A stretch of 58,717 bases of DNA from an uncultured Tannerella sp. (GTDB taxonomy: Bacteria; Bacteroidota; Bacteroidia; Bacteroidales; Tannerellaceae), in contig CAYUAK010000230.1 in NCBI GenBank assembly GCA_964442765.1, positions 1 through 58,717 on the forward strand, given 5' to 3'. Below, in pieces: positions 1-9,708 of this stretch; position 1 is the first letter of the stretch, and each line of letters begins with the position of its first letter. The translations under genes were made by a program, and so were the position numbers. The notes beneath the pieces are model-generated. The model saw nothing but the letters and a program-made list of their open reading frames with translations. It was not told the origin of the DNA and ran no database searches.

Positions 1-1281
1 TGATTTTAATACCAACGATTCCGAAATAATGTACCATCCCTGCGGGACATAAATATTTGCATGATTGGCTATGGCATTCAAAAATACTTGGGTATCATCC
101 GTCACGCCATCGCCTTTAGCTCCCAAGTCTTTTATACTCACCCATGTGTTCATTGGCGGTAAATCGGGAATATCTCTTGGAAAACCGGCGGGAAAAATAG
201 CAACCGGAACAATATCAATCATGGTTTTTATTTGGGGTAGCGCTTGCAAATCATCCTGATGCAAACCATGCGTGTAATTTTTAACTTGATATATCTTTTC
301 TCTATTTGAAGTATATTCGCCACGATTGCGATGAAAAATCAGGTTGGGGACATTACGGCAAAAAACGTTACGCAGACTGATTTGATTTTGCGCATTGTGT
401 TCGTTAGTGAAAGAAATGGCAGCCGATTTCACGTCATCAAACAAACAATCTTCCATATACAGTTTTTCCCAATAGGCGGAATCTACCTCTATCACTGTCG
501 GAACATTTTTCGCCTGTAAGCGCACAAGGGTAAGTCCTACCTGTTGCGTTTTGATGGCAGCTTTTCGCTGACCTTCAAAATAAGTATCAAGCATCATCAT
601 TTGCCAGCTCGGTGAAGTTTTGGTAGTGTATATCCCGTAGTCGCCGCCGAAAAAGCAGACGTTTTCCATTTCGTTACCCACATCAAACAGCCCCGCTTTG
701 CCTTTTCCAATAAAAATATCGACATGCGAGATGAAGCTATGCTGAGCATAATGGGTACGAAGCGCTACGGCAAACGGGTTGCCGTCTTCAATCTGCAGGT
801 TGATGTTCGACATGGCGCTGTAAAACGTCCCGGCGCCGGCGTCTGCGACACGGCTGTTATCGCTAACAATTCTGCTGGTAAACCAGAACATGTAGTTGGC
901 ATTTCCTCTATCCGTTGGCACTTCCTGTTGAAAGCCGGGCGAGTTTTTTGTCAAGATAATAACCGGACGCTTGGCGCCATAGCCTATCAACCGGATAGCC
1001 TGAGGGATATAAATCGTCTTATTGATACGGTACGTACCTTCGGGAATAAAAACGATACCAAAGTTCTTCTCCTGCTTCACTTCGTTGATGACCTTTTGCA
1101 AAGCATCGGAAACATCAGCATTTTTCCCCGTCACGCCAAAGTTCTCCGGAATAAAAAAAATAGCCTCCGGATCATTGGGTTTTTGTTTGAAAACCGACTC
1201 GCCTACGCCTGCTGCCATCACTGAAAATGAAGACAGAAAAAAGAAGGTGGTCGCTGTAATACATGCAATTAACTTTTTCAT
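1..1281 (-). CDS. Secreted beta-helix protein (pectate lyase 3 / GH55-like fold), truncated by the window edge
   Basis: Not in the ORF track because it runs off the edge. Translated by hand from ATG 1281: signal peptide MKKLIACITATTFFFLSSFSVMA, then DVSDALQKVINEVK..GIVFIPEGTYRINKTI and a second repeat WVSIKDLGAKGDGVTDDTQVF..NIYVPQGWYII (Pectate_lyase_3-type caps). The frame is open to position 1. Confidence 0.85.
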   Translation of the reverse strand, partial: MKKLIACITATTFFFLSSFSVMAAGVGESVFKQKPNDPEAIFFIPENFGVTGKNADVSDALQKVINEVKQEKNFGIVFIPEGTYRINKTIYIPQAIRLIGYGAKRPVIILTKNSPGFQQEVPTDRGNANYMFWFTSRIVSDNSRVADAGAGTFYSAMSNINLQIEDGNPFAVALRTHYAQHSFISHVDIFIGKGKAGLFDVGNEMENVCFFGGDYGIYTTKTSPSWQMMMLDTYFEGQRKAAIKTQQVGLTLVRLQAKNVPTVIEVDSAYWEKLYMEDCLFDDVKSAAISFTNEHNAQNQISLRNVFCRNVPNLIFHRNRGEYTSNREKIYQVKNYTHGLHQDDLQALPQIKTMIDIVPVAIFPAGFPRDIPDLPPMNTWVSIKDLGAKGDGVTDDTQVFLNAIANHANIYVPQGWYIISESLVLKS

Positions 1282-1319
1282 AGTTTATCCTTATTGTTAA
1301 ATAATGGTTCATAAAAGTT

Positions 1320-1360
1320 TGCAAAGATATAATTTTTTTGTAAAAATGAATATCTTTGCA
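1320..1360. promoter_or_regulatory. Back-to-back divergent Bacteroidetes promoters (two TATCTTTG -7 boxes)
   Basis: TATCTTTG on the minus strand at 1322-1329 and on the plus strand at 1351-1358, each upstream of a divergent ORF. Confidence 0.7.
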
Positions 1361-1386
1361 GCCAATTATTTAATAAAAGTACTATT

Positions 1387-3927
1387 ATGATGAAAAAGAT
1401 GAACCTGTTTTTATTCTTTGCGTTAGTGTTATTATCCGGATTTTCAAGTAACTATACAAAACTAACTCCGGCAAATGAAATCTCTGCTTTAGATATCAAT
1501 CTAAACGGAAATGCTTTGAAGATAACCTGGCCTAAGGTCGAAGGAGCGGATAGCTACCAGATTTTTCACGGTCGCTCCCGTCTTAGCGCGCAGCGCTTGA
1601 TAGCCGGCGTAAAGACCTCCGACCTCCGTCCCGAAGTTGGCTTCGGTGACCGTGTGGTCTACAGTTTTTCTCACACAACACCCAATCGGGAAAGATTTGA
1701 AAACCACTACAGAATCGTTCCGGTTGATGCACAAGGCAATACGCTCGTTTTCGTCCAATGGGAGTTAGGAAGAAATGCCAATGCTGCCTCTTACGAGGTT
1801 CAACGCGCCTTGGGCGATAGCGCCGAATTTGTATCTGTTGGTAAGACAGCGGGGTTAAGTTATATGGATAAGGTACGCGATTTAGACCGGCACAATTATC
1901 GTTATCGAATAGCGGTTTTAAATGCTGCGGGCGAATCGATTACCAATAACAGGGGCGAACCTGCCAATGTTACACCCGGAGCAGTCGTTGTTGTGCCCGA
2001 ACAAACCATTTCCTTTGAGAAAAAACTGTTTGGAGACAATATGTTGTTTTATGATGCGCGTTACGACGACAGCAAACTGATAGCGAAGGAAATCAATCGC
2101 ATCCATTGGGACGAGATGTTTTCATCTGCGTCAGGGGCAGCCAACGGACAGTTTTCTGACAGGCGCTATTCAATGAATTTCAAACCGGGTGACTACAAAG
2201 GATTTGGCGATTTGCAGTTCGGCTATTACACCTCTTTTGCGGGGCTTGGAAAGCTTCCAACCGACACAAAGTTATATGGTTCCATAACAATACCTGCTCC
2301 GTTAGGTGGCGGGAATGCGACCTGTACTTTTTGGCGGTCGGTCGAGAATTTTGAAGTAAATAAAAAATCACCGGACGATAACGCTACCCTTTTTAGATGG
2401 GCCGTATCGCAGGCGGCGCCCGCCAGACGGCTCAGTGTAAATGTGCGGATGGTGTTTGATTGGAACGGTGTGACAGGGATGAACACGCCATGGGCTTCCG
2501 GTGGGTTTTTATCCGACAGCCGTTTTACAGATGTGTTAGGTTCGAGCAATCAGCAACAATGGTATACCCGTAACAGCCATTTCGGTCATTCGGAGTTTTA
2601 TGGCGACAACTGGAACAGGGTAACCCAGGGCGTAACCGGTCATCCCTATACGTCGAACTGGAGTACCGGCGGCGCCCGCTCAAACATAGAACAAACGCCG
2701 ATCGTACGCGAAAAACCTTTCCTCTATTTTGATGGCGCTGCTTATAAGGTTTTCGTACCAGCATGGCGACATAACTCCGCAGGTATATCATGGGACGATA
2801 AGACAAACAATGCAGGTGAGGGCTATTCGCTTGATATTGAAAAAGATTTCTATATTGCCAAGTCCGGCGATAAAGCCGCCACTATCAATGCCCGATTAGC
2901 AGAAGGGAAGCACATCTTCTTTACGCCCGGCTGGTACGACTTGGAAACGCCTATCCGTGTAACACGCCCCAATGCTATCCTTTTAGGAACGGGCTATGCC
3001 ACGTTGTTTCCCGGAAAAGATAACCGTGAGGGCGCTATTTTCATCGACGATGTGCCGGGCGTTATCGTCGCTTCTCTGATGCTCGATGCGCATTATAATT
3101 CTACCTATCTGTTACGGGCCGGTGATGAAAAAGCTAACAAAGACCATTCGGATAACCCGACTATTATTTCCGATATTTTTGTCCGTATAGGAGGCTATAA
3201 AGCAGAGAATGTTAATGCCGACGTATCGGTTCAGATAAACAGCAACAACGTCATTGGCGACCATTTATGGATATGGCGCGCCGACCACGGCAACGGGGTA
3301 GGATGGGATAGAAATACCGGCGACTACGGGTTGATAGTATCGGGCAACAATGTGAAAATGTACGGGTTGTTTGTCGAACACTTCAAAAAATACGAGACGC
3401 TCTGGATGGGTGACAACGGCCTCACCTTCTTTTATCAAAACGAATCGCCCTACGACCCAACCAACCAGGCCGCTTACATGAGCCATTCCGGAACAGTCAA
3501 TGGATGGGCGTCGTACAAGGTCGCAAACTTTGTTAACAAGCACTACGCAATAGGCCTTGGGATGTATGGCGTTTTTAACCGCACCGGCGAAGGTAGAAAC
3601 CAATCCGAATCTGTCTTCTTGGAAAATGCCATCGAAGTGCCGAACAAACCGGACGTATGGATTTATCATGCCATCACTACCGAGCTTTCCGGACGCCCGT
3701 CGGCTACCGGCGAAAGAGCCGTTTGCGGAACGACCAGCATCGTGAACGGCACCGGCCAGACCATCACCAACCAAAACTCAGCTACTGCCAGAAGATTAGT
3801 ATCCTATAACAATGGCGCTGCAGTATTGCCCCCTAACGTCCCCGATTCAATAAACAGAGTTGGCATCTATTCCGCTAACGAACAGTTCAATTATCTGCCT
3901 GCCGGCACGCGACTTCGCACTCCTTAG
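1387..3927 (+). CDS. GH55 exo-beta-1,3-glucanase (bacterial SacteLam55A-like) with N-terminal Fn3-like domains
   Basis: Signal peptide. Motifs FWRSVENF, WAVSQAAP, WASGGF, QQQWYTRNS, REKPFLY, DHLWIWRADHG, and GLFVEHF-x-FYQNESPYD, with the two Glu 22 residues apart and Tyr at +3 as in characterised GH55. Confidence 0.85.
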   Translation: MMKKMNLFLFFALVLLSGFSSNYTKLTPANEISALDINLNGNALKITWPKVEGADSYQIFHGRSRLSAQRLIAGVKTSDLRPEVGFGDRVVYSFSHTTPNRERFENHYRIVPVDAQGNTLVFVQWELGRNANAASYEVQRALGDSAEFVSVGKTAGLSYMDKVRDLDRHNYRYRIAVLNAAGESITNNRGEPANVTPGAVVVVPEQTISFEKKLFGDNMLFYDARYDDSKLIAKEINRIHWDEMFSSASGAANGQFSDRRYSMNFKPGDYKGFGDLQFGYYTSFAGLGKLPTDTKLYGSITIPAPLGGGNATCTFWRSVENFEVNKKSPDDNATLFRWAVSQAAPARRLSVNVRMVFDWNGVTGMNTPWASGGFLSDSRFTDVLGSSNQQQWYTRNSHFGHSEFYGDNWNRVTQGVTGHPYTSNWSTGGARSNIEQTPIVREKPFLYFDGAAYKVFVPAWRHNSAGISWDDKTNNAGEGYSLDIEKDFYIAKSGDKAATINARLAEGKHIFFTPGWYDLETPIRVTRPNAILLGTGYATLFPGKDNREGAIFIDDVPGVIVASLMLDAHYNSTYLLRAGDEKANKDHSDNPTIISDIFVRIGGYKAENVNADVSVQINSNNVIGDHLWIWRADHGNGVGWDRNTGDYGLIVSGNNVKMYGLFVEHFKKYETLWMGDNGLTFFYQNESPYDPTNQAAYMSHSGTVNGWASYKVANFVNKHYAIGLGMYGVFNRTGEGRNQSESVFLENAIEVPNKPDVWIYHAITTELSGRPSATGERAVCGTTSIVNGTGQTITNQNSATARRLVSYNNGAAVLPPNVPDSINRVGIYSANEQFNYLPAGTRLRTP

Positions 3928-3980
3928 CCTTCGCTTGCCTCCTGTTTTTTGAAACATGATTTACCTGCTGATTCAATTTC

Positions 3981-3997
3981 TTGGCAATGTTTTTGCT
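3981..3997 (+). promoter_or_regulatory. Sigma54-type -24/-12 promoter upstream of grpE
   Basis: TTGGCAATGTTTTTGCT = GG-N10-GC, about 40 nt before the grpE ATG. Confidence 0.6.
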
Positions 3998-4035
3998 TAT
4001 AACAAGATAATATGATTATAAAATGATTTGATAAT

Positions 4036-4662
4036 ATGAGCAAACATGCGGAAAAACCGTTCAGTCAGGTTGAACAATCACATTTGGAGACCCATACGGC
4101 TCAAAATGAGGACTCGGATGACATGACAAATTTGCAGGATGATGCGGAAAATTTGTCTGAAACATATCCGGAAGCCGACAAAATGTCAGATGCTTCGGGA
4201 GAGGTAGAAACGAAACAAGAGCCTTCATGGGAGGAGAAGTATGCGGCTTTGAACGATTCTCATCTTCGTTTGATTGCCGAGTTTGACAATTTCAGGAAAC
4301 GTACCCTGCGCGAAAAGGCCGACCTGATAAAGTCGGGAGGCGCAAATGTTTTGGCAAACATACTGCCTGTTATTGATGATTTTGAACGCGCCCTGTCCAC
4401 TTTGCAATCAACGGATGCAGCGTCCTCTACTGTCGATGGGGTGAGGCTGATTTATGATAAGTTTATCAGTTTCTTATCCCAACAGGGTGTGAAGGTGATA
4501 AACACTATCGACGAGCCATTTAATACCGACTTATTTGAAGCCATTGCTACCGTTCCCGTACCCGAAAAAGACAGGAAAGGGTTAGTAATCGATTGTATTC
4601 AAACCGGTTATATGCTTTACGACAAAGTACTGCGCCATGCAAAAGTCGTTGTTGGCGAATAA
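4036..4662 (+). CDS. grpE: Nucleotide exchange factor GrpE
   Basis: LRLIAEFDNFRKR, LPVIDDFERAL, GYMLYDKVLRHAKVVVG; adjacent to dnaJ. Confidence 0.97.
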   Translation: MSKHAEKPFSQVEQSHLETHTAQNEDSDDMTNLQDDAENLSETYPEADKMSDASGEVETKQEPSWEEKYAALNDSHLRLIAEFDNFRKRTLREKADLIKSGGANVLANILPVIDDFERALSTLQSTDAASSTVDGVRLIYDKFISFLSQQGVKVINTIDEPFNTDLFEAIATVPVPEKDRKGLVIDCIQTGYMLYDKVLRHAKVVVGE

Positions 4663-4674
4663 ACAAATATAAAT

Positions 4675-5844
4675 ATGTCCAAGAGAGATTTTTACGAGGT
4701 TTTAGGCGTAAGTAAAAGCGCTTCGGCTGACGAGATAAAAACAGCCTACCGTAAAAAAGCCATACAGTATCATCCGGATAAGAATCCGGGCGATAAGGAG
4801 GCCGAAGAGAAGTTTAAGGAAGCGGCTGAGGCTTACGATATACTGAGTAACCAGGACAAACGCGAGCGTTATGACCGGTTTGGTCATGCCGGCGTCGGCG
4901 GTTCGGCAGCAGGTGGCGGCTTTAGTGGCGGCATGACGATGGATGATATCTTCGAGCAGTTTGGCGACCTGTTCGGCGGTCATTTTAGTAACTTTGGCGG
5001 ATTTAGCGGGTTTGGCGGCTTCGGTGGACGCTCCGGCAGAGGCGGACGCTCAGTACCTAAAGGCTCAGACCTCCGGGTCAAAGTGCGGATGACACTGAAA
5101 GAAATAGCAAACGGCGTAGAAAAGAAAATAAAAGTCAGAAAATATGTCCATTGTAAAAAATGCCAGGGAAGCGGCGCCGAAGATGAAAGAAGCATCACCA
5201 CGTGCCATTCCTGTCAAGGTAGCGGATATGTGGTGCGTATTTCTAATACGATTCTTGGCCAGATGCAGACACAATCCGTTTGCCCTGCTTGTAACGGACA
5301 GGGTAAAACAATAACCAAAAAATGTACCGCCTGCTACGGCGAAGGCATCGTTCAGGACGACGAAGTGATAGCAATCAATGTCCCTGCCGGCGTTATGGAG
5401 GGCATGCAACTGTCGATGCGAGGAAAAGGCAATGCGGGACGGTTTAAAGGCGAAAACGGCGATCTGCTCGTTGTGATAGAAGAAGAGCCGGATAAGGAAC
5501 TGATACGTGATGAGAACGATTTGATATATAACCTGTTATTATCTATACCACAAGCTATCTTGGGTGATACGATAGAAGTCCCCATCGTTGATGGACGCGC
5601 CAAAGTGAAAGTAGACCCAGGCACACAGCCCGGTAAGATTTTGCGCCTTCGCGGGAAGGGCTTACCCTCCGTGAATGGATATGGCAACGGCGACCTGCTC
5701 GTGAACATAAGCGTTTACATCCCCGAATCGCTGTCGTCCGACGAAAAAGCAAACATCCGCCGCTTAGAATCGTCCCCCAATTTCCAGCCCAACCAATCCA
5801 TCAAAGAAAAGATTTTCAGCAAGTTCAGAAACTTAGTCAATTAA
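4675..5844 (+). CDS. dnaJ: Chaperone DnaJ
   Basis: J-domain HPD, G/F-rich region, four CxxCxGxG repeats. Confidence 0.98.
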   Translation: MSKRDFYEVLGVSKSASADEIKTAYRKKAIQYHPDKNPGDKEAEEKFKEAAEAYDILSNQDKRERYDRFGHAGVGGSAAGGGFSGGMTMDDIFEQFGDLFGGHFSNFGGFSGFGGFGGRSGRGGRSVPKGSDLRVKVRMTLKEIANGVEKKIKVRKYVHCKKCQGSGAEDERSITTCHSCQGSGYVVRISNTILGQMQTQSVCPACNGQGKTITKKCTACYGEGIVQDDEVIAINVPAGVMEGMQLSMRGKGNAGRFKGENGDLLVVIEEEPDKELIRDENDLIYNLLLSIPQAILGDTIEVPIVDGRAKVKVDPGTQPGKILRLRGKGLPSVNGYGNGDLLVNISVYIPESLSSDEKANIRRLESSPNFQPNQSIKEKIFSKFRNLVN

Positions 5845-5926
5845 TCATCCAGAAAAATGCACTTTTTTCAGTGCATCATCAAAAAAATGCATCTTTTGCA
5901 AGAAATTTAGTAATATTTCGATAGAA

Positions 5927-6253
5927 ATGATAGAGAGTTTTTTTAAAAAGAAAGCGTTGTATTTCACATTTTACAAATCATTTTGTTTTGTTTCGATTGT
6001 TATTTCGCTCGTTTGCGGTTATGACCTTTTTAAAAGTGGACCTGCTGAATATGCAATGCTATTTTGGTTCAAAGTGATAACGTCAGGACTGATATTTTAC
6101 TATATGAAGGAATACAAAACGAAGGAGTTCTATTTTTATAAAAATTTGGGTGTCAGCAAAAAAGCGCTTTGGATTTTTTCGGCTTCCATCGACTTTTTAA
6201 TCTATTTTGCTTTCGTACTAATCGCTTTAAAACTGTATGGAAAATTGGCTTGA
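5927..6253 (+). CDS. Small membrane protein, probable partner of the downstream ABC ATPase
   Basis: Three hydrophobic segments, EFYFYKNLGVS motif, overlaps the start of the ATPase gene. Confidence 0.65.
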   Translation: MIESFFKKKALYFTFYKSFCFVSIVISLVCGYDLFKSGPAEYAMLFWFKVITSGLIFYYMKEYKTKEFYFYKNLGVSKKALWIFSASIDFLIYFAFVLIALKLYGKLA

Positions 6254-6890
6254 AATAGACAGCGTTCAATTGAAATTGGGCGATAGAACCATCCTGAATA
6301 ACATCTATCTGCAAACCAAAACAGGGGAAGTAACTGGAGTCCTCGGTCGCAATGGTTGCGGCAAATCGTGCCTGTTAAAGTTGATTTTTGGGGAAATTCA
6401 AACGAATGAGAAATCGGTACGAATAAACGGAGAAACGCTTTACGAGGACAATAGAAACCCGGACGATATGAAGATGTTACCGCAGTTCAACTTCTTACCC
6501 AAACACATAAAAGTTATTCAGGCGTTCAAATTTTTCGATTTAGATTTCGCGGAATTTTGTAGTTTGTTTAGTGAGTTTTCCGAGTGGCCTCGTTTCAGGA
6601 TCAAAGAGCTATCAGGTGGAAATGTGAGAATTATCGAAACGTATTTAATCGTGAAAAGCAAAACGAAGTTTTGTCTTTTAGATGAGCCTTTTACTCATTT
6701 ATCGCCCCAAAATGCAAGGACTTTTATGGATATTATTAACCAAGAGAAAGATAATAAGGGATTTATCATTACCGACCAAATGTACGAATATATTACAGAG
6801 ATAAGCGATAGCCTTTATCTGATAAAGGAAGGCGTCAGTTATAAAATCGAAGCTATCGATAAATTGAGAGAACACGGCTATTTGAGATAA
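6237..6890 (+). CDS. ABC ATP-binding protein
   Basis: Walker A GRNGCGKS, signature LSGG, Walker B LLDEPF; the H-loop reads ITDQ. Confidence 0.9.
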   Translation: MENWLEIDSVQLKLGDRTILNNIYLQTKTGEVTGVLGRNGCGKSCLLKLIFGEIQTNEKSVRINGETLYEDNRNPDDMKMLPQFNFLPKHIKVIQAFKFFDLDFAEFCSLFSEFSEWPRFRIKELSGGNVRIIETYLIVKSKTKFCLLDEPFTHLSPQNARTFMDIINQEKDNKGFIITDQMYEYITEISDSLYLIKEGVSYKIEAIDKLREHGYLR

Positions 6891-6916
6891 ACCAAACAGG
6901 TGGCGGCACACGGTTT

Positions 6917-6943
6917 CCCCCTTTTAAGGGGGCAAGGGGATGT
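6917..6943 (+). repeat. REP-like 27-nt element, copy 1
   Basis: CCCCCTTTTAAGGGGGCAAGGGGATGT. Confidence 0.85.
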
Positions 6944-7064
6944 AGAAATCCGCGTTAGCAGGAGGGGGATTCAAAAAAGGTTTTTTTTATTTTTTGGAGT
7001 GGGAAATGGCGTTATCTGAAAAAAAAATACTATTTTTGCGGTTTCTTTTTAAAGACAGATAGTA

Positions 7065-8591
7065 ATGGAAGATAGTAAAAAGATAAAACGCGCGTTGGTT
7101 TCGGTTTATCACAAAGAAGGGTTAGATTTAATAATCAACAAGTTACATAACGAGGGCGTCTGCTTCCTTTCGACTGGAGGCACACAGCAGTTCATCGAAT
7201 CGTTAGGGATTCCCTGTGAACCGGTAGAGGCTTTAACGGGTTATCCTTCCATTCTGGGGGGGCGTGTTAAGACGTTGCATCCGAAGGTTTTTGGCGGCAT
7301 CCTGAACCGGCGGGATAATAATGCCGATAAAGCGCAGCTTATACAGTATGAGATACCGGAGATAGACTTAGTGATAGTTGATTTATATCCGTTTAAGGAA
7401 ACGGTTGCCTCCGGAGCAGACGATGCGGCTATCATTGAAAAAATTGATATCGGCGGCATCTCTTTGATTCGGGCTGCTGCAAAAAACTACAAGGACGTAG
7501 TGATTATTGCTTCACAGTTACAATATGCGCCGTTCTTGAGCTTGCTCGAAGAAAAAGGCGCTGTGACAACGTTAGTCGAAAGGCGTTTTTTTGCCAAGGA
7601 AGCGTTTGCCGTTTCGTCCGGTTACGACAGCGCTATCTTTAATTATTTTGATGCAGGCGAAGACTCGGCCTTCCGGACAGCCGAAGACGACCCCTATCTG
7701 ATGCGCTACGGCGAAAACCCGCACCAGCGGGGGGTGTTCTTTGGCGATTTTGAAGCCCTGTTTGAAAAACTGCACGGGAAAGAGATTTCTTACAATAACC
7801 TGTTAGATATCGATGCGGCTATAACCTTGATTGACGAGTTTGATGAGTTGACATTCGCTATTCTGAAACATAACAACGCCTGTGGAATAGCTTCGCGTGA
7901 TTCCGTTTTGGAAGCGTGGAAGGATGCGCTGGCTTGCGACCCTGTTTCGGCCTTCGGAGGTATCCTAATAACGAACAGCGAAATAGATACCGAAACGGCC
8001 GAAGATATCAACAAGATATTCTTTGAGGTAATCATTGCCCCGGATTATACCATGGGCGCATTAGAGGCGCTGATGCAGAAGAAAAACCGTATAATCCTGA
8101 AGAGAAATACGGTTGTAGATGCGCCTCCCAAACAGTTCCGCTCTTTGTTAAACGGCGTCTTGGTGCAGGATCGTGACTCAAGTATTCAAACGGCTGACGA
8201 TCTGGTCAATATGACGGTCAATGAGCCTTCCGTACAAGAGATTGAAGACTTACTGTTTGCCAACAAATTAGTGAAGCACAGCAAGTCGAATGCGATAACC
8301 TTAGTGAAGAATAAGCAGTTGTACGCCAGCGGTATAGGCCAGACTTCACGGGTTGACGCACTGAAGCAAGCCATCGAAAAAGCGCGTTCTTTCGGCTTTG
8401 AACTGCACGGCGCAGTGATGGCTTCGGATGCTTTCTTCCCCTTCGCCGATTGCGTGGAGATAGCATATTCGGCAGGGATAAAGGCCGTTATACAGCCCGG
8501 AGGCTCTGTGAACGACAAGCTATCGGTACAATTTTGTGACGAACATTCGATGTGCATGGTAAAAACAGGCGTAAGACACTTTAAACACTAA
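7065..8591 (+). CDS. purH: Bifunctional AICAR transformylase / IMP cyclohydrolase
   Basis: ALVSVYHK, GGRVKTLHP, IDIGG, RYGENPHQ, ASDAFFPF, IQPGGS, C-terminal RHFKH. Confidence 0.98.
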   Translation: MEDSKKIKRALVSVYHKEGLDLIINKLHNEGVCFLSTGGTQQFIESLGIPCEPVEALTGYPSILGGRVKTLHPKVFGGILNRRDNNADKAQLIQYEIPEIDLVIVDLYPFKETVASGADDAAIIEKIDIGGISLIRAAAKNYKDVVIIASQLQYAPFLSLLEEKGAVTTLVERRFFAKEAFAVSSGYDSAIFNYFDAGEDSAFRTAEDDPYLMRYGENPHQRGVFFGDFEALFEKLHGKEISYNNLLDIDAAITLIDEFDELTFAILKHNNACGIASRDSVLEAWKDALACDPVSAFGGILITNSEIDTETAEDINKIFFEVIIAPDYTMGALEALMQKKNRIILKRNTVVDAPPKQFRSLLNGVLVQDRDSSIQTADDLVNMTVNEPSVQEIEDLLFANKLVKHSKSNAITLVKNKQLYASGIGQTSRVDALKQAIEKARSFGFELHGAVMASDAFFPFADCVEIAYSAGIKAVIQPGGSVNDKLSVQFCDEHSMCMVKTGVRHFKH

Positions 8592-8595
8592 TTAT

Positions 8596-8670
8596 TAACG
8601 GTTAGTGTTTAATGGCAAACGATTAATTAATTTTTTCCCGCTAACCGCTAACCACTAACCACTAACCACT
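8596..8670. repeat. Two-block heptamer array at the purH-mreB junction
   Basis: TAACGGT-TAGTGTT-TAATGGC-AAACGAT, then CCGCTAA x2, CCACTAA x2 and CCACT; the two blocks are roughly complementary. Confidence 0.75.
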
Positions 8671-8676
8671 TTTTTT

Positions 8677-9699
8677 ATGGGTTTATTTTCATTTACAAAA
8701 GATATAGCTATCGACTTAGGTACTGCTAATACGATTATTATTTGCGACGACAAGATCATGGTCGATGCGCCTTCGGTCGTTGCCTTAGACAGAAGGACTG
8801 ACAAGGTGTTAGCTATTGGCGAGCAGGCGCGGTTGATGTACGAAAAGACGCACGATAACATCAAGACTATCCGTCCGTTAGGCGACGGGGTGATAGCCGA
8901 CTTTTACGCCGCCGAGCAGATGATACGCGGGATGATCAAACGCATCAATTTCCGCAATCATTGGTTCTCACCGCCTTTGCGTATAGTTGTTTGTATCCCT
9001 TCGGGCGCCACCGAAGTAGAGCGGCGTGCAGTGCGCGATTCGGCTGAGCGCGCCGGCGGTAGAGAGGTCTACCTGATAGACGAGCCGATGGCCGCCGCCG
9101 TCGGGATAGGGCTTGATGTAGAAGCGCCCGAAGGAAACATGGTCGTAGACATCGGAGGCGGTACAACCGAAGTGGCCGTTATATCGTTAGGAGGCATCGT
9201 CACAAAGACATCCATCAAATCGGCTGGCGACGCCTTTACGGCAGACATCATGGAGTATATGCGCCGGCAACACAACGTCAAAGTAGGTGAAAGAACAGCC
9301 GAAGCAATAAAAATTAATGTCGGCTCAGTGCTGACAACGTTAGAAAATCCGCCCAAGGACTTTGTCGTACACGGCCCTAATCTGATGTCATCCTTGCCGA
9401 TGGAAGTGCCTATCACCTATTCGGAAATTGCGCATTGCTTAGATAAATCCTTTATCAAAGTAGAGGCGACAATCATGAACACCTTAGAAAATACACCTCC
9501 CGAACTGTATGCCGATATCGTTCATAACGGGATTTATCTGACAGGCGGAGGCGCCCTGATGCGCGGATTGGAAAAACGTTTAACAGATAAAATCAATATC
9601 AAGTTTCATGTAGCAGAAGACCCCCTTCGCGCCGTCGCACGCGGGACTGGTATTGCGCTGAAAAACTTGAACAAATTCAATTTTCTCTACAAGAGCTAA
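8677..9699 (+). CDS. mreB: Rod shape-determining protein MreB
   Basis: IAIDLGTANT, EPMAAAVG, VDIGGGTTE, LTGGGAL. Confidence 0.98.
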   Translation: MGLFSFTKDIAIDLGTANTIIICDDKIMVDAPSVVALDRRTDKVLAIGEQARLMYEKTHDNIKTIRPLGDGVIADFYAAEQMIRGMIKRINFRNHWFSPPLRIVVCIPSGATEVERRAVRDSAERAGGREVYLIDEPMAAAVGIGLDVEAPEGNMVVDIGGGTTEVAVISLGGIVTKTSIKSAGDAFTADIMEYMRRQHNVKVGERTAEAIKINVGSVLTTLENPPKDFVVHGPNLMSSLPMEVPITYSEIAHCLDKSFIKVEATIMNTLENTPPELYADIVHNGIYLTGGGALMRGLEKRLTDKINIKFHVAEDPLRAVARGTGIALKNLNKFNFLYKS

Positions 9700-9708
9700 C
9701 TTCCCGTC

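Noticed and set aside
65-1300. Plus-strand ORFs at 65-259, 331-519, 724-1224 and 1022-1300
   Set aside because: They are antisense shadows of the long minus-strand beta-helix gene at 1-1281.
1320-1360. 11-bp inverted repeat TGCAAAGATAT/ATATCTTTGCA as an invertible promoter
   Set aside because: It is fully explained by two divergent -7 boxes; only 19 bp lie between the arms and there is no recombinase nearby.
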